The notes beneath the pieces are model-generated. The model was not told where the DNA came from. It searched no databases and saw only the letters and a program-made list of their open reading frames with translations. The position numbers were made by a program, and so were the translations under genes. From Candidatus Iainarchaeum sp. (GTDB lineage Archaea; Iainarchaeota; Iainarchaeia; Iainarchaeales; DTGL01), in NCBI GenBank assembly GCA_043809265.1, contig JAZDDY010000021.1, positions 1-44,128 of the forward strand: 44,128 bases of DNA. The letters are read 5' to 3'. Below, piece by piece: positions 27,169 to 35,198 of the stretch. Position 1 is the stretch's first letter; each line of letters starts with the position of its first letter.

Positions 27169-28122
27169 TCAATCCTTTTTTTCGATTAGGCAGCCTATCC
27201 TTTTGTTCCACTTTGTGATTGGCGTCATTTCCATTAGTGCAAGAAGCTCTTCCCTTGGCATCAGTGGGAGTGCCTTCTTTGTAATCATGAAAATAAGGCG
27301 GTCCATTTCTGCAATCTCAGCCTGCGAAAGACAATTTTTGATATCAGGCGCCCTTGTCCTGACAAAAGCCCTTAGGAAGGCATTCAGTCCAATCAAATCT
27401 CCTTGGGCCACATGCGCAGTAATTTCAGTTTTTAAATCCCCGAAAAGGTCTTCCCTGATTTCTTTCTTGCTTTGGGGCCTAACCGACCGCGAAGTGTAGG
27501 CACCTACCGCGACCAGCCGCATGTGCCTTTTTTCGTGGGCTGAAAATACGCCTCCGCCTTGGGAATGCGTCATCCATGCGACCGGTATTGTGTGCATTTC
27601 CCCGTTCCGCAAAGGCCAGCTGAGATAAGTGGTCTGGGCGTTTGGGTCTGGAACTGGGGCCATTCCGTGCTCAAATATCGCTTTGGCAATTTGTGAAAAC
27701 GTTGCACTATCCATTTTTAGCACAAGGCCGAACGGGTTAGTTTCAAGCACAGCCTTGGGGCGCCCCGGCACATTGGGTTCGAACGGGATTCCAAACTGCT
27801 GGCAATAGCTGCCTATTAGTTCATCGGCAGAAATTTCTTTGGCTATGGACCTGACAATTTTTTGGTGCAATTTAAGCCGCCTCAATGACTCAAGCAAAAA
27901 GCGCTTTTGGTTCCTGGTAAGATTTTCCATTTGGGCGGTTTCTGCAAAAATTTTCTGGATTGGCGTGTCTGGATTCGACTCAAAAAGTTGGATTGCCTTA
28001 GAATATATTTTGGCGCCGCCGGCAAGCCTTGCATAAAGGTCCGCTCTGGCTCTTTCCCTTGATGGCCTTACAAGATAAACCGGCTTCAGGTTAGTTGGCG
28101 GTTTTTGGCGACCCCTGAGCAT
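27169..28122 (-). CDS. Hypothetical protein with an HExxH motif (HEKRH); possible zincin-like metallopeptidase
   Basis: 317-aa ORF with its own AT-rich upstream spacer. The basic N-terminus and the motif GGGVFSAHEKRHMRLV are the only recognisable features. I recognise no family. Confidence 0.45.
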   Translation of the reverse strand: MLRGRQKPPTNLKPVYLVRPSRERARADLYARLAGGAKIYSKAIQLFESNPDTPIQKIFAETAQMENLTRNQKRFLLESLRRLKLHQKIVRSIAKEISADELIGSYCQQFGIPFEPNVPGRPKAVLETNPFGLVLKMDSATFSQIAKAIFEHGMAPVPDPNAQTTYLSWPLRNGEMHTIPVAWMTHSQGGGVFSAHEKRHMRLVAVGAYTSRSVRPQSKKEIREDLFGDLKTEITAHVAQGDLIGLNAFLRAFVRTRAPDIKNCLSQAEIAEMDRLIFMITKKALPLMPREELLALMEMTPITKWNKRIGCLIEKKD

Positions 28123-28188
28123 AAAATAAGCTTGTTTAAAACGGTTTTAAATCAATTCGGTTAAGCCCCAAGTCGATGCCGAGAATAT

Positions 28189-28935
28189 TCACTCGCTTTC
28201 AATCCTCGGCGCCAAAAAGTAGGCTATGCTGGCCTGCCCGATTTTATAGGATATGAAAAGCGGAGCATCGCTTTTCAGCTTCAGTTCTATTTCGTCATCG
28301 CCGCTTGGGGTTTTCAGCATATCTTTGAGATAATCCAGCGGGAACATGCTTTTGCAGTCCTTTTTTGCGACGAAAGATTTCATTTCCTTTTCCTTTTTGC
28401 TGGTTTCGTTTTTCAGTGTGCCTTTGCTGCTGTTGGCGTTAACGAAAAAGGTTTCCTTTTCAACCCCGAGCAAAACATGCGTTGAAATCAGTTCCGCATC
28501 CTTCAATGCGTCCTGCACTATGCCTGCCTTCATTTTCAGTTCAACATCGAATTCTATTTTCGGGTTAGGCACTGGATTCTTTGAAACATCAATTAATGGA
28601 ACAGAAAAGTGCCTTGTTGAGGCGCCCTTGAATGTGACGTTAAGGTTGGTTTTTTGGGGGGCGAGCTCGATTGTCAGCTCATCTGTCGGCTTTGCTCGGC
28701 CCATGACCTGATTCAGATAATCCAAGTCAAGGCCTATGCGCTGGGCCTGCTCGAACTGGAATTCCTTGAAGGCTGTTTTTTTCATTTCGAAATCGACCAT
28801 TGAAATCTGGCTCGGGTCTGTCGCCTTCAATGCAATGCCGTTTTCTCCGATATCGAATTCGGCCTCGTGAATGAGCACTGCAATTGCCTCGCAGCTTTTC
28901 TTGAAATCGCCTGCTTTCTCCAAAACCAGTTTCAT
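28189..28935 (-). CDS. pcn: DNA polymerase sliding clamp PCNA (paralogue 2)
   Basis: GIALKATDPSQISMV, IGLDLDYLNQVMGRA, KDAELIS, LKLKSDAPLFISY and the C-terminal YFLAPRIE. Confidence 0.85.
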   Translation of the reverse strand: MKLVLEKAGDFKKSCEAIAVLIHEAEFDIGENGIALKATDPSQISMVDFEMKKTAFKEFQFEQAQRIGLDLDYLNQVMGRAKPTDELTIELAPQKTNLNVTFKGASTRHFSVPLIDVSKNPVPNPKIEFDVELKMKAGIVQDALKDAELISTHVLLGVEKETFFVNANSSKGTLKNETSKKEKEMKSFVAKKDCKSMFPLDYLKDMLKTPSGDDEIELKLKSDAPLFISYKIGQASIAYFLAPRIESE

Positions 28936-29348
28936 TTATCCCCACCAAAGTGCTTTTTTTCAAGTTCCCTGACTTTCTTGTACAGATTTGCATCAAAACC
29001 TTTTAATTCCTGTACTATCTCGGCTTCAATCGAAAGCTTCGGCTTTTTCGAAGGCGCCCCGATAACCCTTACAACCATCCCTTCTTTCAGGCCGGGAAGC
29101 ATGTCGCCTTCTGGGAACACAACCAGGCATTCTTCTGTTCCGTCCGAGAGAACGCCCTGCATGTCTTTTTTGTCCACAGATTTGAGGGTGCCGATCACAG
29201 CGACTTTTTTTTCCTTGCCTGTGATTTCTTTCAGCGAGCATTCCTTTGCGGATTCAATTTTGAATGGGGCCCTGTCTCCGCGCGAGGGCCATTTCTCGAA
29301 CTCCTTGTTATAGGAATCCCCTGGCTCTTCCTCTGATTCTTCGTCCAT
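28932..29348 (-). CDS. Small OB-fold protein (RPA/SSB-like nucleic-acid-binding domain) with an acidic N-terminus
   Basis: The pattern VAVIGTLKSV....MQGVLSDGTEECLVVFPEG....LKEGMVVRVIG is typical of tRNA-anticodon/RPA-type OB folds. ATGA overlap with the PCNA paralogue 2 start. Confidence 0.5.
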   Translation of the reverse strand: MDEESEEEPGDSYNKEFEKWPSRGDRAPFKIESAKECSLKEITGKEKKVAVIGTLKSVDKKDMQGVLSDGTEECLVVFPEGDMLPGLKEGMVVRVIGAPSKKPKLSIEAEIVQELKGFDANLYKKVRELEKKHFGGDK

Positions 29349-29428
29349 GCAAAAAAATAGGCTGGCAACGGTTTAAAAGCGGTTGCCTGTCAGGAAAGTT
29401 TTTTGGCTATAAATAGGCAAAGGCGCGC

Positions 29429-30295
29429 TTAAGGGAACTGGCATTTTGCCTTTGTAACCGGGCTTGACAGGAAGCACGGCAAATCGTCCAGGAGGATGAG
29501 TTTCACGTAGCCGATCCATGGAATCATGAAAACTGTTTTGCCCTGGAGCTTGTTGAAGGGAACTGCGCCATAGGAAAGCGCTGTGTCCTGGTCGATGAAG
29601 GAGTTGAGCACGGAATCGCCTTTTGTGAGCACGAAAAAGCCGTCCTTTGCGCGGATTTTTGCGATGGCCCTGTGAATGATTGGAATGCCCTGTGTTTCCG
29701 AGAAGTAAACCACTACATCGCCTTTTTTTGTGATGTCAATTTCCTTGCCGAGTTTCGGGAAAACTATTTTTTCTGCCAAAACGTCTTTCGCAGAAACCTG
29801 CAGCGCGCCTGACTGGATTTTCTTTATGACTGACCTACAGGGCTCAAGGCCTTCAACGCCTTTTACCGAACACTCGGAGTAAGAGTATTCGGAAATGTCC
29901 AAACCATCGATTTCTGTGCCCGGCATTTCAACGAGAGGTGCATTCAATTCCTCAAGGCTCCAGCCCGAAAGCGCCATCACGTCGCCGCGGTAAAAGGAAG
30001 GCTCCATGGAACCGCTGACGACAATCACCATGGGCGAAGGGCTGTGGAACAATAAGCCCAAGGCATTGTATAAAAGCAGGGCCGAAAGGAATGCTGTGGC
30101 AAGGTACACTGCCCAGCTTATGGCGGAGTTTTCCTTTTTGCCTATTTTTTCCAGGAACATGTCGGCGTAAGTGAAGGGGTCAAGCCAGCGCAGGAAAGCG
30201 AATTTTTCCTTGACGTTGAAAATCGGCTCCCATTTTTCCGCTTTCTCCCTTTCCCTTGCTTCCCTTTCCAATCTCAATCTTTTCTTTTCCTTCAT
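29429..30295 (-). CDS. Signal peptidase I, archaeal/Sec11 type
   Basis: TM anchor followed by VVSGSMEPSFYRGDVMAL (catalytic Ser), IIHRAIA (His) and TKGDS. About 75 aa of extra sequence lie between the Ser and His boxes. Confidence 0.75.
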   Translation of the reverse strand: MKEKKRLRLEREAREREKAEKWEPIFNVKEKFAFLRWLDPFTYADMFLEKIGKKENSAISWAVYLATAFLSALLLYNALGLLFHSPSPMVIVVSGSMEPSFYRGDVMALSGWSLEELNAPLVEMPGTEIDGLDISEYSYSECSVKGVEGLEPCRSVIKKIQSGALQVSAKDVLAEKIVFPKLGKEIDITKKGDVVVYFSETQGIPIIHRAIAKIRAKDGFFVLTKGDSVLNSFIDQDTALSYGAVPFNKLQGKTVFMIPWIGYVKLILLDDLPCFLSSPVTKAKCQFP

Positions 30296-30316
30296 TTTCC
30301 CACTTTCTTTTCCGCC

Positions 30317-30982
30317 TTAAGGCGAAGTGCTTCTCCCCAATGTCACAGCGCTTGCGACAAGGTGCGCGATGCGCACAGGCTCAGGGAAATTCGAATGGAT
30401 TGTGAATTTCCTTATCGCTTCGCGCGCGCCTTCCTCCGGAATGCCATGGCACTGGAAGAAAATTTTTTCCGCGCGGAAAATCCTGCCTGCCTTTTCCAGC
30501 AAGGAGATTCTTTTTTTGGAATCCCTGAATTTTCCGAGCGCTTTCCTTATGCCTTCGATATCCGGCTGCTTCCTGAAAACAATTATTACCGGCAATCCTG
30601 TTTTTTTGCTTATGGTTTGGGCATCCGCCATGTTGAAGCCTGCAAAATTGATTCCTTCGAGGAAAATACAGCGCGCCTGTTCCAAAAAGCAGGAATTTGA
30701 GAGCGTTTTAATTATTGTTTTTGTGGAATCGGTTCCATCAACAGTGACATCCGCAGAGAGAATTCCTTCAAGCCGGTTGTCTGCGCGGAGCAGCACAAAG
30801 ACCAGTTTTGTTTTGCCTTTTTTTTTGGGCGTGAAATGGCCGTCGTCTATGCCTATCGCACGGATGAGTTCTTTGGAGCGCGGCTTAAGGCTTGGCTGCA
30901 AGGGCCTCGCCTCACTTCCCGATGGATTTGAGGCATTTTGTGAATTCGGTTGCTTCTTCGGCGATTTTCTTGTTCGCTTCAA
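30317..30982 (-). CDS. DUF99 (UPF0215) family protein, endonuclease V-like fold
   Basis: IRAIGIDDGHF...LVFVLLRADNRLEGILSADVTVDGTDST...FLEGINFAGFN. The listed ATG overlaps rpoL by 71 nt; an internal TTG at about 30895 is an alternative start. Confidence 0.7.
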   Translation of the reverse strand: MKRTRKSPKKQPNSQNASNPSGSEARPLQPSLKPRSKELIRAIGIDDGHFTPKKKGKTKLVFVLLRADNRLEGILSADVTVDGTDSTKTIIKTLSNSCFLEQARCIFLEGINFAGFNMADAQTISKKTGLPVIIVFRKQPDIEGIRKALGKFRDSKKRISLLEKAGRIFRAEKIFFQCHGIPEEGAREAIRKFTIHSNFPEPVRIAHLVASAVTLGRSTSP

Positions 30983-31187
30983 GGAGCGCTTTTTTCGGGC
31001 TTTTGCCCTTTGTTTTCAATATGAACAAGGAATCCTTGTCGTGCGGGTGGTTTAACTTGTAAGAGGCAAATTCCACATCCGAATCCTTAAGCAAATAGTA
31101 TTTCAGGAGCAATGGAAAAGTGTGCCTTTCCCCTTTCAGCCTGAATTCAAGCATTTCCTTTTCGTTTTGGAGTATTTCCATTTCCAT
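30912..31187 (-). CDS. rpoL: DNA-directed RNA polymerase subunit L (Rpo11)
   Basis: 91 aa. LEFRLKGERHTFPLLLKYYLLKDSDVEFASYKLNHP matches the RpoL/Rpb11 dimerisation fold signature. Confidence 0.85.
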   Translation of the reverse strand: MEMEILQNEKEMLEFRLKGERHTFPLLLKYYLLKDSDVEFASYKLNHPHDKDSLFILKTKGKSPKKALLEANKKIAEEATEFTKCLKSIGK

Positions 31188-31197
31188 TTTTTCACCC

Positions 31198-31767
31198 TTA
31201 TTTCAGTATATATCCGCTGCCTGTTTTCCTTTTTTCAAGGCTGCCGCAGTTCGTGCACATGAGCTTTTCCTGCACCATATGCAGCGGTTTCCTGCATTTT
31301 GTGCAGTATGCCCTTATGACCCCGAGGCCTGGCTTGTTTGTGCGCAAATTCACCCCGTAGGGCTTTATGGCCTCGACTTCGGCAACGATTATGTCGCCGA
31401 CCCTGAAGGCGTCCCTTATGTCCCTCACATAGCCCTGTGCAATCATTGAAACCATGATGGTCGCATGGCTTCTTGTGAGAACGCGCTTTTCGTTGCCCAT
31501 ATATGCTTCCCTCATGCTGATAAGCACGTAGTTTTTCCTTACCGCGGACACGACGCCGTAAACCTTTGTGCCGGGAGTGAAAATCTTGAGGGGTTTTGCC
31601 TTTTTCACCTTTACTTCATAATTGCCAGAATCGAATTCCGCTTCGCCGATGGAATCCGAGAAAACAGCGCCGTCATCCTGGAAGGTATTCTCCCTGCCTT
31701 CGAATTCTTCGGCTGTGCTGAGTTCTTCCCCCGGTAAAACAATTTTCCTGCCCAAATCAATCCCCAC
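31198..31767 (-). CDS. csl4: Exosome complex RNA-binding protein Csl4
   Basis: N-terminal domain VLPGEELSTAEEF, central S1 domain, and C-terminal zinc ribbon CTKCRKPL...CTNCG. GTG start. Confidence 0.85.
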   Translation of the reverse strand: MGIDLGRKIVLPGEELSTAEEFEGRENTFQDDGAVFSDSIGEAEFDSGNYEVKVKKAKPLKIFTPGTKVYGVVSAVRKNYVLISMREAYMGNEKRVLTRSHATIMVSMIAQGYVRDIRDAFRVGDIIVAEVEAIKPYGVNLRTNKPGLGVIRAYCTKCRKPLHMVQEKLMCTNCGSLEKRKTGSGYILK

Positions 31768-31842
31768 AAAAAAAGCAGTATGTTGGATTTTTATATTGAT
31801 TATTGATTAAAAAGATATTTAAAGCATTGCAAGGTGTTCCGC

Positions 31843-32799
31843 ATGGTTTTGGAGTCGCTGCTGGAAGAGGAATCGTTGTTGAAGTTCCCTCTTTATGCCC
31901 TCTTTCTCGGCTTTGTTTTCAGCAGCGTTTCGATGTGGATTGCCTTCATGTCCTTTCCCGGCTCGGCAAGCATCCTTTCGATCGCTTTCATAACCATGAC
32001 CATAATACCGCTCGTGCACCGCGTTTTCCTTGTGGAAGAGGAGGCTTCAGCGAAAGTGTGCGCCCACCACAGGAATTTTGTCGAAAGGAATTTCGACCTG
32101 ATAAAGATTTACGCCTGGTTTGCGGTGGGAGTGATAGCCAGCTATGCGATCTGGTACATGCTTTTCCCGTCCGAGCCTTCAAGCATCTGCCTTGACAAGG
32201 GGCAATGCATATCCATTCCGACCAGGAACGTGGTCTTCAAGGAACAGGGGACAGCGCTCGGGCGCATTGCAATGATTGCCCCGGGGGGCGGCGCCACAAG
32301 CGTGGCCAGGGCAGCCCAGCAGATCGGAGGCGCCTGTGGAAATGATTTCTGGTGCTGGTTCAACCTGATTTATTCAAACAATGCTTCCCTGCTGGTGCTC
32401 GCGGTATTCTTGTCCGTGCTGTTCGGGGCAGGCGCGCTTTTCCTGATAATATGGAATGCCTCCATTGTCGGCGTGCTCATAGGCCAAAACGCGGTCGCGG
32501 CAAACCACTTGATGTTTTTCAGCCTTTTGCCGCACGGCATTCCAGAATTCGCAGGATACTTCCTCGGCGCAATCTCAGGCGGCCTTATTTCGGTGGCATT
32601 GGTGAAAAAAAAATATTACCCGCATGAATTCCAGATGATTGCAAGGGATTCTTTCCTCCTGCTGGTGATAGCGCTTTTCTCGCTCCTGGTCGGCGCGGCA
32701 ATCGAGGCCTTTGCGCTTATAGGGGAGGAAATGTTTGCAATGGCGCTTTCCGTGGGATATATCCTGTTCATTGCAATACTGGTCGCAAGACAGATGTAA
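31843..32799 (+). CDS. SpoIIM-like (DUF95) membrane protein
   Basis: IWNASIVGVLIG and LLPHGIPEFAGYFLGAISGG motifs. The ATG at 31843 lies 6 nt after AAGGTG. Confidence 0.65.
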   Translation: MVLESLLEEESLLKFPLYALFLGFVFSSVSMWIAFMSFPGSASILSIAFITMTIIPLVHRVFLVEEEASAKVCAHHRNFVERNFDLIKIYAWFAVGVIASYAIWYMLFPSEPSSICLDKGQCISIPTRNVVFKEQGTALGRIAMIAPGGGATSVARAAQQIGGACGNDFWCWFNLIYSNNASLLVLAVFLSVLFGAGALFLIIWNASIVGVLIGQNAVAANHLMFFSLLPHGIPEFAGYFLGAISGGLISVALVKKKYYPHEFQMIARDSFLLLVIALFSLLVGAAIEAFALIGEEMFAMALSVGYILFIAILVARQM

Positions 32800-32829
32800 A
32801 AAAATCATTATTGAAAAAAAGGAAAAGGA

Positions 32830-33831
32830 TTATTTGGAGCGCTTTTTTCCGCTTGCCCTTTTTTCCGCAGGCTTGCCTTCAGCCGGCTTTTCCCACCTGC
32901 TTTTGTCGGCGGCCTTTTCCAGTGCGCCTGCAATGCGCGCCCCGCCTTTCTGGTCGAGCTTTCCGCCGAGGGACTGCGCCAGGTTCGAGAACTGCACAGG
33001 GAAGAAAACCTTTGTGCTCCTGCCCTTTGCCATTTCCTCAAGCGCCTTGATATAGTAATAATTGAGGGCTTTATCGGAAAGGCCTTCCGCCGCCTCTTTC
33101 ACAGCATCGATTTCCGCCTTCTGCGCCTCGGCTTTCTCCATCCTTGCAAGCTTTTCCTGCACGGCGGCCTTCTGCGCGTGCATTGCGGTCAGCACGGTCG
33201 GCGGGATGTCGATGTCCTTTATCTGCACTGCAATCGCTTCAACGCCCCAATCGATTGCAATTTCCGAAAGCGATGCGTGGACCTGCTTGTTTATGTCCTC
33301 GATCCTTGAAATGACCTCGTTCAAAGGCATTCCGCCGATAATGTCACGGATTGTGGAAATCACGAAAAGCTTTGCCGCATTCTGGTAGTCTTCAACTTCA
33401 AGAACAGAGTTTATCACTGACTGGTTGTCCTTCTTTACCTTGAGGTAAATGACCGAATCGACCTTTATTTCGATCGAATCCTTTGTGACCGCATCCTGCT
33501 CCTGGACATCAAGGGTTTTGACCCTAAGGTCCACAAGCACATAAGTGTCGATGAACGGCAGGAGCATTACCCAGCCGGGACCGGCAACGTTCTTGAATTT
33601 AGAAAACCTGAAAATCAAAGCGCGCTCATAGCCCTTGATTTTCAGCATCCTGGCCTTCCAGGCAAATGAAACAAATACAACCAGGAGCAGGAGCCAGATA
33701 ATGTTCCCGACAAAAAACGCAGAAACAGCATCAAGATATGCCACGGCGAGCAAAATCGTTGTTGCCAAGGCTAGGAAAATCACGAGGAACACGATGCTTT
33801 TCATTGAAACCGCCGCCATATGAATCCCCAA
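32830..33831 (-). CDS. SPFH/band-7 (stomatin/prohibitin-like) membrane protein
   Basis: N-terminal TM segments followed by YERALIFRFSKF..GPGWVMLLPFID...DLRVKTLDVQEQDAVTKDSIEIKVDSVIYLKV. K/A-rich C-terminal tail. The listed start is TTG; the ATG at 33819 is an alternative. Confidence 0.85.
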   Translation of the reverse strand: MGIHMAAVSMKSIVFLVIFLALATTILLAVAYLDAVSAFFVGNIIWLLLLVVFVSFAWKARMLKIKGYERALIFRFSKFKNVAGPGWVMLLPFIDTYVLVDLRVKTLDVQEQDAVTKDSIEIKVDSVIYLKVKKDNQSVINSVLEVEDYQNAAKLFVISTIRDIIGGMPLNEVISRIEDINKQVHASLSEIAIDWGVEAIAVQIKDIDIPPTVLTAMHAQKAAVQEKLARMEKAEAQKAEIDAVKEAAEGLSDKALNYYYIKALEEMAKGRSTKVFFPVQFSNLAQSLGGKLDQKGGARIAGALEKAADKSRWEKPAEGKPAEKRASGKKRSK

Positions 33832-33937
33832 AAAATTAAAACAGGATGGTTATATATATTATCCTATATGCAACCCAGTATTTAAATAATTAACTGGCGG
33901 GAATTAATAAGTTAAATTATCCAAAAATGGTGTTTTT

Positions 33938-35182
33938 TTGGCTGCTGCAAAAAAGGAATGCGTTCTCATCCTCTGCGTTGACCGGGACAACGACCTCGGC
34001 AAAAAGACAGGCATCACAGGCCCGGTCATCGGAAGGGAAGAAAACCTGAAAGCAGCCACAAAGCTTATCCTTGCTGACCCCGAAGAAGCCGATGCCAACA
34101 GCATTTTTGCGGCAATAAAGAAATTCGACGATTTGCGGAAAGAATTCCAGAATCTCGAGGTTGCGACAATTACCGGCTACGACAAGGGCGGTTTCCGCTC
34201 GGACAAGGAACTGAACGAACAGCTCGATTTTTTGGAGGCAAAGGTAAAGCCCGAGGCATTCATCCTTGTCACGGACGGCGGCGAGGACGACCAGGTCCTG
34301 CCCCTATTGCAGTCAAGGAAAAAAATTCTTTCCAAAGAAATGGTCATAGTGAAGCAGGCCCAGCAGGTCGAATCCGTTTATTACACGATAAAAGAGGCCT
34401 TGAAAGACCCTTACCTTGCAAGGATTTTTTTCGGCATTCCCGGAATGATTCTCCTGCTTTACGCGCTCACCCTTTACCTAAACGTCGAAGACTTTTTCCT
34501 GCAGGGCGTCGCATTCATCGTGGGCTTTTATTTCCTGATCAAAGGGTTCGGCATCGAGGCATTATTGCACGAATTGTACAGGGGCGCAATGCCGTCGATT
34601 TCATTGCAGAGGATGAGCTTCATACCTTACGTTGCCGGCGTCTTTGTCTTCATCTTTGCGGCAATAACGCTTATCTCCAGCCTGCCGGCAGGCATCGCCC
34701 CTGTCGAAACATACCTGGGCGCGGTGCAGGGCATTTACTTTTTCCTCACGCTTTCCGCAATCTGCATGGTGATAGGAAAAATAGCGGACGCAATGCACTT
34801 CAGGCTTGCGGTGAAACTGAGGAAGTATTTCATTTACGCGATATCGATTGTCATCCTCTGGTTCCTGCTGGATGCCGGCACCCTCGTGCTGCTCGGAAAG
34901 GCGACAGTGGACTTTTTCTGGCTTGCAATAGCCGTATCGCTCGCAGTAATCTTTGTCTCGATCAAAGGCCTTGAAGTCTTCGATTTCAGGACAAAGGTCT
35001 CGGAGCTGTTGGTGGGCCTGCCTGTTTACACGAAAAACGGCCTGTGGCTCGGCACAGTGAGGAAAATAGACAAGCGCGCGAACACAATTTCCTATCTCAC
35101 GGGAGAAAAAGAAAGCGATTCCCAGACCGCAAAAAAAGGCGGCTTCCTGCTCAGGCACGGAAGGGTACTGCTGACAGGGTAA
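33938..35182 (+). CDS. DUF373 family membrane protein
   Basis: N-terminal soluble domain CVLILCVDRDNDLGKKTGITGPVIGR followed by about 7 TM segments. TTG start after GGTG-T5. Confidence 0.7.
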   Translation: MAAAKKECVLILCVDRDNDLGKKTGITGPVIGREENLKAATKLILADPEEADANSIFAAIKKFDDLRKEFQNLEVATITGYDKGGFRSDKELNEQLDFLEAKVKPEAFILVTDGGEDDQVLPLLQSRKKILSKEMVIVKQAQQVESVYYTIKEALKDPYLARIFFGIPGMILLLYALTLYLNVEDFFLQGVAFIVGFYFLIKGFGIEALLHELYRGAMPSISLQRMSFIPYVAGVFVFIFAAITLISSLPAGIAPVETYLGAVQGIYFFLTLSAICMVIGKIADAMHFRLAVKLRKYFIYAISIVILWFLLDAGTLVLLGKATVDFFWLAIAVSLAVIFVSIKGLEVFDFRTKVSELLVGLPVYTKNGLWLGTVRKIDKRANTISYLTGEKESDSQTAKKGGFLLRHGRVLLTG

Positions 35183-35198
35183 ACAAACAAAAAACTAA

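Noticed and set aside
27115-29428. An integrated virus or plasmid carrying the second PCNA.
   Set aside because: There is no integrase, no flanking tRNA and no direct repeats. I saw no obvious compositional break by eye, and the neighbours (fumarase-family lyase, signal peptidase) are housekeeping genes on the same strand.
33832-33937. An AT-rich 106-nt spacer, and the local concentration of replication genes, as a possible replication origin.
   Set aside because: There is no orc1/cdc6 gene, no repeated ORB-like elements and no extended unwinding region. The spacer is adequately explained as two divergent promoters.
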